Under the pieces are notes generated by a model. It worked only from the letters and a program-made list of their open reading frames with translations. It made no database searches and was not told the DNA's origin. Below, piece by piece: positions 23,701-32,949 of a DNA stretch of 64,000 nucleotides. A program made the position numbers and the translations under genes. The DNA comes from Isurus oxyrinchus (Eukaryota): positions 53,754,001 through 53,818,000 of the forward strand of contig JANJGN010000016.1 in assembly GCA_026770705.1 (NCBI GenBank), read 5' to 3'. How positions within the stretch are numbered: the stretch's first letter is position 1; each line of letters begins with the position of its first letter.

Positions 23701-26700
23701 CCTTATTCTCATTTGCCAGTTCAATTTAGCTAGTTCCACTTTCATGCCCTCATAAATGCCTTTATTTAAGTTTAAAATACTAGTTTTTGACAAACTAATT
23801 TCTCCCTCAAAATGAATGAAAAATTCATTCACATAATGCTGCTACATATGGGTGCCTTCACTGAAGTTCTCAATTAATCCTATCTCGTTGCTCAGTACAA
23901 GGTCTGGTGTAGCCTGCTCTCTGGTTGGCTCCTGAACGTGCTGTTCTAAGAAATTATCCGGAAAACATTCCATGAACTCCTCATCTATGCTACCTTTGCC
24001 CACCTGATTTTTCCAGTCTACATCTTGATTAAAATCCCTCATGATTATTGCTGCACCTTTCTGGCAAGCTCCCATTATCTCTTCTTTTATACTCTGTCCC
24101 ATTATGTAGTTACAATTAGGGGACTTATATACCACTCCCACAAGTTACTTCTTGCCTTTATGATCCCTCGTCACAACCCAAACTGCTTCTATATCCTGGT
24201 TTCCTGAAATTCGGTCATCCCTCTCTCAAGTGCTAATACTATTATTAATTAACAGAGCCACCCCTGCACCTTTTTGTAACTTCTGTCCTTCCTAAATATC
24301 ACATAGCTTTCAATATTCAGGTCCCAATCTATGTCATCCTGTTGTCATGTCCCTGTAATGGCTATCAGATCATACTTATTTATTTCTATTCGTGCTATCA
24401 GTTCATCTGTTTTGTTTCGAATGCTATGTACGTTTAGATACAGGGCCTTTAGTTTTGTCCTTTTATTATTTTTATAGCGTCTAGCCTTATCTGCTGATGT
24501 ACTCTTAGAACTGTTCCATCTGTTCCTTCCTGTCACAGACTGTTTATCATTTCCCATATTAATACTTTTCTCTCTTGCCTTGTCTCTACTCTTTGGTTTA
24601 CCACATCTTCCCAAATTTCATCCTTTGCCCCACTATTCAGCTTAAAACCATCTCTAATTCTCTAGTTATGTGGCTCACGAGGACACCAGTCCCATCACAG
24701 TCCCAAATGTACAGATCCCACTTTCCCCATGCTGGTGCCAGTGCCCCATGAGCCGGAACCCACTTATCCCACACCTCTTAATCTTGTGTAAATGAACTCA
24801 AAAGAATTGAAAGACCACATCAAAAAAAAGAATAACTTATTACAAGGCAATAAAGATGTCAATCAAACAAAGCTTGCACTCCCTGGTAAGCCGTGTCAAC
24901 AGATCCCTGCTGAACTAAGTGCATTAGCTATTCTTGGAGCTCAGCCAAGCATTTGTAATGAGGCCATCTGAAGAAAGATATCTAGCCATCTGTTCTATTT
25001 CTGAAGAAAGGTCACAGCCTGAAACATTAACTCTGTTTCTTTCCACAAATACTGCTGAAGGGCTGAGTATTTCCAGCATTTTCTGTTTTATTTCAAATTT
25101 CTGGCGTGTGCAGTATTTTGTTTTTGGACTGGGGTGAACTTATTCAAAATAGTGCCCTAAGTCCACTTGAGAGGACAGAGAGGCCTCATTTTCATATCTT
25201 GTCAAAAGATGGCACCTCTCACAGTGCAGTAATCTCTCAGTACTGCCCCTCTGACAATGCAGAACTCTCTCAGTACTTGCCCTCCGACAATGCACTGCTT
25301 CCTCAGTACTGTCCATCTAACAGTTCAATGTTCCATTAATAATGCCCACCCAGTAATCTCTCAGTGTCCCCCTTCTAACAGGGTGTTACAGTTTCAGCAC
25401 TGCCCTTTTGAAAGTGGAGCACTCCCTGAGTACTGATCCTATGATAGTGCAACACTCCCTCAGTACTAACAATCTGAAATTGCAATGCTCCCTCAGTACT
25501 GTCCCTCTAACAGTGCCGTGCTTCCTCAGCACTGACCCTCTGACAGAGCCGTGCTTCCTCAGTGCTACAATGGAGTGACAGCTTAGATTTTGTGCTCAAG
25601 TCTCAATTGTGTCTCAAATGTGCTCGCTGCTACCTCAATCCCAGCACTAACCCAGTGCAACCCAGTGCTGTCAGGCTGCTAATCTGAGACCCAGGGGTGG
25701 ATTTTAACTTGCTGCTCATGTGTAAAGTTTGCTTTTATTTCAATGGAAATTGGGCATTTGCAGTCAGCTGACATGTGAGAATCATCAATTCCATTGACTC
25801 CTGGGCCATACAGTGCAATCCTGGGAAAAACAACACAAACAGAATAAATCTGAACTGGAATGGACCCCGGAACAATAAGATGATCTTGATATTATTTAAA
25901 TGTGTTTCAGAAATCCTGGAAAACAGTTGGGGACACTTGTATCCTGGATTTATAACAGGATTAGTGATCGCTGCCCTGGCTATTTTATTCGGGATAATCG
26001 GAAAAATCATCTGGAAAAGGTCATGGAGAGGTAAGAATCAGAGAAAGGGGAATGTAGAACTAAGGGGACAGAGTGAATGTAGGGGAATCTCCAGTACTGG
26101 GAGTACAGGACACTGAGAGGGGAGAGTGAGAGAGGGGGGAATGTGGAACTGAGGGGGCAGAGTGAATGTAGAGTAATCTCCAGTACTGGGAGTACAGGAC
26201 ACTGAGAGGGGAGAGTGAGAGAGAGGGGAATGTAAAACTGAGGGGACAGAGTGAGTGTGGGGGAATCTCCAGTACTGGGAGTACAGGACACTGAGAGGGG
26301 AGAGTGAGAGAGAGAGGAATTATATAGAATTTATAGAAAAGAACTGGGCCAACAGTTTTATGCCAATGTTTTTACTTCACACACACACGCCTCCTCCTAC
26401 CATACTTTATCCAAACCTTTCAGCATGTTGTATTACTCTTTTCTTTGTATTCACTATTGTCACTTTACCCCTTAATGTCCACATGCTGTGTATGCCTTTT
26501 CCTTCGGTTTCAGATTTTCTCTTATTGCTTTATTCATCAATACCCTGTCACTATTTGGTCATTTGTTCTTTTTTTAATTGAATTGGAAATGAAAATTCGA
26601 TTTAAAAGATACAGTGTGATGACCATGTGAGACTAGGTTACAAACGGGACAGGACTAGGTGATGAATACATCATGGTTTAGATTGTAAAAAGTTGAAAAC

Positions 26701-29175
26701 CCAGCATTGATCCTTGTGGCACTGTACCAGTTACAGCATGCCAATCTGGAAAAAACCATTTATCCCTACTCTCTGCTTCCTTTAATCCATGCTAATATGT
26801 TACCCCCTACACCACGTGATCTTATCTTGTGTAGTAACCTTTGATGTGACAACTTATAAAATGCCTTTTGGAAATCTAAGTACACAAATCTAAGTACCGG
26901 TTACCCTTTATTTGCCTTAAATGTTACTTTGTCAAAAGACTCTAATAGATTAGTTAAACGCGATTTTCCTTTCACAAAGACATGTTGGCTCTGCCACATC
27001 ACATAGTGATGTTCTAAGTACCCTGCTATAACCTCCTTAATAATGAATTCCAGCACTTTTCTTATGACAGATATTAGGTTAACTGGCCTATAGGTTCTTG
27101 TTTTCTGCCTTCCTCCACTCTTGAATAAAAGTGTTTCATTAGCCTGTTTTGCAATCTGCTGGGACTGTTCCATAAAATAAGGAATTTTGGAAAATTGTAA
27201 TTAATGCATCTACTATCTGTGCCTCCGCTTCTTTTAAGGTACAAAGATAGGTAGCAAAGTAAGTTGTAAGGAAGCTATAAAGAGTCTGCAAAGGGATATA
27301 GATAGGTTAAGTGAATGGGCAAGAATTTGGCAGATGGAGTACATTGTGAGGAAATGTAAGGTTGTCCACTTTGGCAGGAAGAATAGAAAAGCAGCATGTT
27401 ATTTAAATGGAGAAAGACTGCAGAATACTATTGTATAGATTGTTCTGGGTGTTCTTGTACATGATTCACAAAAAATTAGATATCCAGCAAATAATTAAGA
27501 AGGCAATGTGAATGTTGACCTTTATCACAAGGTGTGGGGGGGCGGGGGTGTTGGTGGTGCAGAGGAGTACAAAAGTTGCAAAGTTTTTCTACAACTGTAT
27601 AGGACTTCGGTCTTCTTAATTAAGGAGGGATATATTTGCATTGGAAGCAGTTCAGAGAATGTTCACTAGGCTGATTCCTCAGATGAAGGGGTTATTTTAT
27701 GAGGACAGGTTGAACAAGTTGGGCCTTCAACTCATTGGAGTTTTGAAAAATGAGAGGTGATCTTATTGAAACATTTAAGATTCTGAGGGGAGCTGACAGG
27801 GTAGATGCTAAGGGAATGTTTCCCATTGTGGGAAAATATAGAAGCAGGGAGCTCAGTTTAAAAATAAGGGGTCTCCCATTTAAGATGGTGAGGAAGAATT
27901 TCTTCTCCCAAAGGGTCATTAATCTTTGAGGTTCTCTTCTACACAAAGCAGTGAAGCCTGGGTTATTGAATATATTCAGTGCTGAGTTAGACAGGTTTTT
28001 GATCTAAAAGGGAGTCAAGGGTTATGGGTGGGAACCAGGCAGAAAAGTTGAGAAGAGGCCACATTAGATCAACCATGACCTTATTGAATGGTGGAGGAGG
28101 CTCAAGGGGCTCAGTAGCCTATTCCCACTCTTATTTCTTAGCATCATGCTTGCATTGGAGGCAGTACAGCGAAGGTTCACTGGATTGCTTCCTTGGATGA
28201 GAGGATTATCCTACAATGAGAAACTGGGTCTATATTCTCTGGAATTTAGAAGAATGAGAGGCAATCTCATTGGAACATACAAGATTCTGAAGGGGCTTGA
28301 TATGGTAGATGTTGAGAGGTTGTTTCCCCTGGCTGGGGAATCTAGGACATTGGCAGGTGTTTAGGGGGGTGGGTGGGGGGGGTGCAAATTCTCAGGATAA
28401 GGAGATGATCATTTAAGGTTGAGATGAGAAGATATTTCTGCAAAGGATGGTGAATCTTTGGAATCCTCTACCCCAGACAGTTATGGATGTTCCATTATTG
28501 AATACCTTTAAGGGTGAAATAGACAGATTTTTGGTCCCTTGGGGCATCAAGGGGTCTGGGGAGTGAGTGGGAAAGTGGAGTTGAAGCCCAAGATCAGCTA
28601 TGATCATATTGATTGATGGAGCAGGCTTGACAGGCCGTTTAGTCAACTCCATGTTCCAGTTTCTCGTGTTCTTATGTTCCCGGTTTTCTATCGTAACCTC
28701 TTAGACACTTTTTCCCAGGATGTATCACAAACAGAGTAAAAAATATAGTTCAGTAGAAAATTCTCTAGAGTTATCACAACTCAGTGGGTAACATGTGGTG
28801 GAAAATGATTTTCAATTAAAGCTCCTTACTCTTGTGCATAGAAACTGATAAAACAGGAATCCCACAGCAACCATTCCATATGAATCCTGGGAAAGGACAT
28901 CAAATCGGTGAGATTCCAAGTTTTACAAACTACTGTTTAAATTATTGGACTATTATTGTCCGCATTTACACTTTTCCTGAATATAGCGCAGTTGACTATG
29001 TTTAATATTTTCGTTAGTTTCAGCACAACCATTCCTGAAGATCGACCTCGCTCACCACCACCCAGAAACCATGGATAATAATATGGAACTGAAGTTGACT
29101 GAATCCTACATTCCGCTCACCACGGAGTCTTTTCAGAGAGAGTCACAATCCGTAGCACATGTGGAAGGTAATTAA
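8651..29175 (+). CDS. Non-classical MHC class I heavy chain, whole gene: join(8651-8702,14369-14629,20530-20805,20923-21201,25911-26030,28842-28907,29024-29175), 1206 nt, 401 aa
   Basis: Leader, alpha1, alpha2, alpha3, TM and two cytoplasmic exons. All introns are GT-AG and phase 1, and the spliced frame is open to TAA at 29173-29175. Confidence 0.9.
8725..9365. repeat. CT/TG-rich low-complexity microsatellite in intron 1
   Basis: Directly visible. Confidence 0.9.
9389..10206 (+). mobile_element. Penelope-like element, 5'-truncated (GIY-YIG endonuclease end plus 3' repeat), young
   Basis: [18 protein letters not shown]...[17 protein letters not shown]; flanked by duplicated atttaaagt (9380-9388 and 10209-10217). 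Confidence 0.9.
10255..10462 (+). mobile_element. LINE 3' end (same family as 11047-13870)
   Basis: Closely similar to 13665-13866 (WNSLPN...RFKKAA, gggcaataaatgctgg). Confidence 0.85.
11047..13870 (+). mobile_element. LINE (APE + RT, CR1-group-like, no visible ORF1) with a tRNA-derived 5' head
   Basis: A box TGGTGTAGTGG 11058-11068, B box GGTTCGAATCC 11122-11132; APE motif LDLILTN...SDH; RT motifs [10 protein letters not shown] and LFADD; internal deletions; small Penelope-tail piece at about 11780-11840. Confidence 0.85.
14369..14629 (+). CDS. MHC class I exon 2 (alpha1)
   Basis: ttttacag|AT...G|gtaag; [34 protein letters not shown]...QQWM...EYWE...NQT (N86 glycan site). Confidence 0.97.
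14690..14905 (+). mobile_element. CR1 3' end fragment
   Basis: [14 protein letters not shown] and ggcctactcttgctcc tail. Confidence 0.75.
14915..15235 (+). mobile_element. Old Penelope-like GIY-YIG fragment
   Basis: Degenerate match to 9389-9650. Confidence 0.75.
15974..16214. mobile_element. Palindromic (head-to-head) Penelope 3'-end insertion with TSD
   Basis: Perfect inverted arms 16006-16109 and 16111-16214 around a single G at 16110; TSD (t)aaatgtgaggtaa at 15960-15973 and 16214-16227. Confidence 0.95.
16112..16150 (+). ncRNA. Minimal type I hammerhead ribozyme-like motif (Penelope-associated); mirror copy on - at 16070-16108
   Basis: AGTT-CTGTCGA-A-GGGTC(ATGAG)GACTC-GAAAC-GTC-AACT: stem I AGTT/AACT, stem II hairpin, palindromic ACGT stem III; core variant CUGUCGA. 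Confidence 0.6.
17030..17275 (+). mobile_element. Old Penelope-like 3' repeat remnant
   Basis: tctgatg..aggtt..gacctg..ac followed by ctctctcc..gatg...gacctg tail motif. Confidence 0.55.
17422..17695 (-). mobile_element. SINE-like element sharing its body and tail with the 11047-13870 LINE (tRNA head not seen)
   Basis: Reverse strand: ...tggcctagcaagccaaccagtt joined directly to caatggcaattagagatgggcaa (LINE tail). Confidence 0.8.
17909..18615. mobile_element. GC-rich non-autonomous DNA element (MITE-like)
   Basis: Imperfect TIR ggagttttac / gtgaaaactcc. Confidence 0.45.
19105..20458. repeat. Minisatellite with a 30-34 bp unit (consensus CCATTACTGTAACACTGAGCCCACAGAGAGAT), about 40 copies
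   Basis: Period of 32 visible, e.g. 19201/19233; ends about 70 bp before the alpha2 exon. Confidence 0.97.
20530..20805 (+). CDS. MHC class I exon 3 (alpha2), lacking both canonical cysteines
   Basis: tttgacag|GA...G|gtatgt; [24 protein letters not shown]...KTMEKWN...[14 protein letters not shown]. Confidence 0.97.
20923..21201 (+). CDS. MHC class I exon 4 (alpha3, Ig C1-set)
   Basis: [17 protein letters not shown]...PNHDGTHQ...[10 protein letters not shown]; canonical splice sites. Confidence 0.98.
21640..24780 (-). mobile_element. CR1 LINE, near full-length decayed ORF2 plus ORF1 end
   Basis: [10 protein letters not shown] (APE), [17 protein letters not shown]; a Penelope tail fragment is nested at about 23335-23425. 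Confidence 0.9.
24995..25125 (+). mobile_element. Old Penelope 3' remnant with canonical hammerhead core
   Basis: CTGAAGA-aaggtcacagcct-GAAAC at 25001-25025, followed by the PLE tail. Confidence 0.6.
25145..25605 (-). repeat. Deu-SINE remnant with an internally amplified unit of about 30 bp (cagtactgccctctgacagtgcagcactccct-like)
   Basis: SINE flanks match 4200-4310; about 10 degenerate tandem units. Confidence 0.7.
25911..26030 (+). CDS. MHC class I exon 5 (connecting peptide and TM)
   Basis: tgtgtttcag|AA...G|gtaaga; [40 protein letters not shown]. Confidence 0.9.
26042..26318. repeat. 89-bp tandem repeat x3
   Basis: ccagtactgggagtacaggacactgagag at 26091, 26180 and 26269. Confidence 0.95.
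26675..28680. mobile_element. CR1 cluster: minus RT fragment (about 26675-27235), then plus 3' parts (about 27236-28145 and about 28146-28680)
   Basis: [12 protein letters not shown] on -; [17 protein letters not shown] and two CR1 tails on +. Confidence 0.85.
28842..28907 (+). CDS. MHC class I exon 6 (cytoplasmic; [22 protein letters not shown])
   Basis: ccttactcttgtgcatag| ... G|gtgaga; 66 nt, phase 1-1, open frame in non-repeat DNA. Confidence 0.7.
29024..29175 (+). CDS. MHC class I exon 7 (terminal cytoplasmic exon with YIPL)
   Basis: ttttcgttagtttcag|; [51 protein letters not shown] possible donor G|gtaatt at 29167/29168 could extend the gene further. Confidence 0.7.
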
Positions 29176-29554
29176 CCCACAACTGAACAGGAACAGAGAT
29201 CAGTCCAAATAGACACTTCAAATCCTGCAAATAATGTTTCTGATGTAAACACAGTAAAATGTAATCGAGGTAACAACATGACAAAACTCCTAACAAACCA
29301 AGAGGAAAGGGAAACAACACAGAGTTTACTGTGATCCACATTGAAAAAAAGCCCTGGAAATGAATTATTAGAAAACTAATCAAGACCCAAGAGTTCAGAG
29401 AGACTAGCCGTCATTGCAAGGGACATGGGAACTGAAACAGATGAGGATGACCAGCTGTATTCACAAGATCTGAAAACATTTACAATTGTATGAAAAGAGA
29501 AGCCATTCACCAATTAATACAAAATTGAAAAATATATCATTTGTCATATGTCAT

Positions 29555-29915
29555 GTCATTGGTCTACCAGTATTCATTACAAGCCCACCGACTCCCATAG
29601 CTACCTTGACTACACCTCCTCACACCTTGTTTCCTGTAAGGACTCCATCCCATTCTCCCAGTTTCTCCATCTCTGTCACATCTGTTCCAATGATGCTACC
29701 TTCCACAATGATGCTTCTGACATGTCTTCCTTTTCTCTGAGCCAAGGTTTCCCCTCCACTGTGGCTGACAGGGCTGACAACCATGGCCAATCCATTCCCA
29801 CACTTCTGCCCCCACTCCTTCCCCTTCCTCCCAGAACCACGGTAGGGTTCTTCTTGTCCTCATCTTCCACCCCACCAGCCTCTGTATTTAAAGGATCTTC
29901 CTCTGGCATTGCCAC
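29555..29915 (+). mobile_element. Penelope-like RT C-terminal fragment
   Basis: STSIHYKPTDSHSYLDYTSSH..CKDSIPFSQFL.L..ICS. Confidence 0.85.
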
Positions 29916-31296
29916 CTGGCGACCTTCACTTTACTAGTAGTTTTCAGGTACACATAGATGCCTCTTTTGCATACCTTGAACCGTGGTGATGAGAGATCTT
30001 GGTGCTTCCGTAAAGCTGTGCCAGGGCTGCTGCATGGAGGCAATACCAGCAGGGAGGGGGAAGGCAGAGGCATGGTTAAGGCTGGAGAGTGAGTGAAACA
30101 AGGGAGGCAAGGGGGGAAGGCACAGGAAAGACTGGTGGTGGAGTGGGTTAGTGAGTGGAGCATGGGAGGCATGACTGGGGTGGAGAGTTAGTGGAGCCAG
30201 GGAGGGAAGACTGGAATGCAGACACATGACTGGGAACTGGTTGCCAAAGGTACAGACAGTGGGGCTGAGGCCATGCTGTCAGGAACAGAATCAGAAGATA
30301 GTCCTGGCTAGAGACTGTTGGGGCAGAATCAAAAGACACTCCTGGGGCTGAGTGGGCCTTTCTAGAAGACTCTGCATGGCAGAGACATCTTCTTCCCAGT
30401 CCTGGGAGTCGGAAGGATAATGCTTTCTGGACAGTGAAAGTCGGGCACAGCATGATGTGCTGGGCATGGTCAGTGTGCCATAGAGAGGTTAGTGCTGGAG
30501 GTTGGAGGATCCATACTGGGAAGCAGCTGGTACAGTTATGGTCAGTGAAGACTTCTGATCTGATAAAGTGGAGATGGTAAGTCATGGATGGGTTTTGGAA
30601 GGTTGCATGGTGGGGGGCGGGTGGGGGGGGGGCGGTTGCGGGGTGGGGTGGAGAAGGGGAGGGGTCAGGTCAACATAAGACATTGGGACATCAACAGAAA
30701 AGAATTCATGGGGGAAAGACAGGATTATCAACCACAATCACTATTGGCTCCCGGGTTACAGGGGGAGGCAGGAGAGTGATCAGAGGAAGGGGAATTTGGA
30801 TGTGGTGAGGATGGAGGAGGACAGGAGGGGCTTGGAGGTAAGAGGAGGAGGCTGGATGCTGGTATCAAAGAAAAATTGCAGCACCAGCCTCTCGAATAGG
30901 AGCTGGAATGACGCAGTTGAAAAATTGAAAGTTTGAAAAAATTATCTTGGGGGAGGTCTGAGAATGCTTGGGAGGAGTCAACTACTGTAATTTTGGGTCG
31001 ACTGAGGAGTCACCCCAATAATTTTCAGCTCAAGTCCTGCAGCTCTTGGTTCACCTGTGATCTGTTGACATGTGTTTAATTCCAGTTGAAGCAGTTTGGC
31101 ACCCGAACTCATGGAACGCATTCATGCTAGAATCCATTAATGCTTGGGGAAGCAGTTGATTTGATCTGATTGCCTACATGTCCGTAAAGAAGGCATGTAA
31201 AGAGGAAAGGGGGTGCAAACAATTAAGGAACCACAGCTGTTGTACATAAGCAAAAAGCACTAGACAATGGTCCACATCATCATTTCAAACTCCACA

Positions 31297-31888
31297 GTGC
31301 GGAATTTTGCCCTTGTTGGGTGGGCTTGGCGGGGCTGGTGGGGAAGCCGCCCGCCACCCGCAATTGGGGCCGCACCATGATTTCACACTGGTGGGCCAAA
31401 TAAGGCCAGCCCAGCGTGAAGGCTCAGCGCTGCCTGTGAGGGGTGGGGGGGTGTGGGGGGAAAGGAGAGCAAGCAGGGAACGTTGCGCAGGTGTGCACTG
31501 GAAAAGCTCCCTGAGGCACAGAGCTGCCTCAGAGAGATGAGGAATTCCGAAGAACAAAAATAAAGAATTTTTAAATGTTACAAAAACATGTCCCCCTCAT
31601 GTGACTCTGTCACATGAGCAGGGACATGTTGTGAATGAGATGTAATTTTTTTTTATTTTATACTGTTGGAAACCTCATCCCGCCCATGGATGAGGTTTCC
31701 CTAAAAAATGCAAAGGCCGCTTGGGCTTTTCGCCTGCCCACCAACCATAAGTTAATTAATACTTTAATGGCCTTAATAGGCCTTCTAATTGTCGGCAGGT
31801 GTGCTGCCGATTCCCAACATCATCACGCGTCATTTCACACTCCAGCAGGTCGGATGTGCGCCCACCCACTGAGGTGAAAATTCTGCCC
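31297..31888. mobile_element. Harbinger-type MITE
   Basis: TIR-like gcggaatttt ... aaaattctgccc; the right end is identical to the end at 37890-37901. Confidence 0.65.
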
Positions 31889-31899
31889 ATACTGTTCAA

Positions 31900-32305
31900 A
31901 GAATGAGGGATGATCTCAATGAAACCTAACAAAATACTTAAAGGAATAGACAGGATTGATGCAGGCAAGATGTTTCCCCTGGTTGGGGAGTCTAGAACCA
32001 GGGGACACAATTTCACAATAAGGGGGAAGCCACTTAGGACTGAGGTGAGGAGAAATTTCTTTACTCAGACGGTTGTGAATCTTTGGAATTCTCAACCTCA
32101 GAGGGTTGTTTAAGCTCAGTCATTTAGAATGTTTAAAGTCGAGGTTGACAGTTTTCTAAATACCAATGATGTTAGAGATGTGGGGATAGTGTGGGAAAAA
32201 GGCATTGAGGTGGATGATCACCTGTGATCGTATTGAATGGCGAAAAAGGCTCAACAGGTTCGATAGGCTGAATGGCCTACTCCTGCTCCTATGTTCCCAA
32301 GTTCC
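31900..32305 (+). mobile_element. CR1 3' fragment
   Basis: [13 protein letters not shown]...RRNFFTQTVVNLWNS. Confidence 0.85.
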
Positions 32306-32589
32306 TAATGGTCAAGGCTTACAGGCCACAACGCTTGCAGTCATGAAATTGGAGCAAGGCTGGGCTAGCGTCTAGGCGAAAGGAGACAGGCTAACAGTAG
32401 CCTGACTAAGGATAAGAGCACATGGCTGTATTCAGCCTGATCAAAGCCTCTTTGTGAATGTACTGTCATGTTGGAGGGAGATGTTCAGCCACCTCTGAAC
32501 CTTCAGCTGTTAGGGGTGGCCTGGGGATGACATGTCAGGAATGAGGGCAGGCCTAGGGCTTCACACTGGCTTCCTGTCTTGTTCCATTA

Positions 32590-32850
32590 CAATCAACCCC
32601 ATCTGAAGCCTGCAACGCATTGTGGAAACACCGGCTCGCCAGTCTCAAACAACCCCCAGCGATGGAAATTCTACCGGATGAAAGCCTTCCCCCAGGAGCT
32701 AATTGCAACTGGGCAACCTGGAAGTGCCTTAACAGAGTTAGGACTGGTGTAGGTCATTCAAAGGTGTCACTAAGCAAATGGGGATATACAACCAGCCCGA
32801 CAACTTGTGAATGTGGAACTGAGCCACAGACTATGCAACATCTTCTGCAG
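32590..32850 (+). mobile_element. Vingi/Ingi-like LINE C-terminal fragment
   Basis: WKCLNRVRTGVG..L.KWGY...CECG..QTMQHL zinc-knuckle region. Confidence 0.65.
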
Positions 32851-32949
32851 GATAAGGTGCTATCATCTCTCCATTGTATTTGGCCAAAGATACAAGGAGG
32901 AGTGTAGAATGCTGTCTGTAACACTGCAACATTGCCTTCTTGATAGCTT

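Noticed and set aside
29098-29118. ITIM/ITSM in the MHC tail
   Set aside because: In TESYIPL the Y-2 residue is Glu, so it fits only a Yxx-hydrophobic motif.
8651-29175. Classical class I (UAA) call or a specific lineage symbol
   Set aside because: The loss of Y7, R84, Y159, Y171 and the alpha2 disulfide excludes a classical call. The lineage cannot be assigned without a phylogeny.
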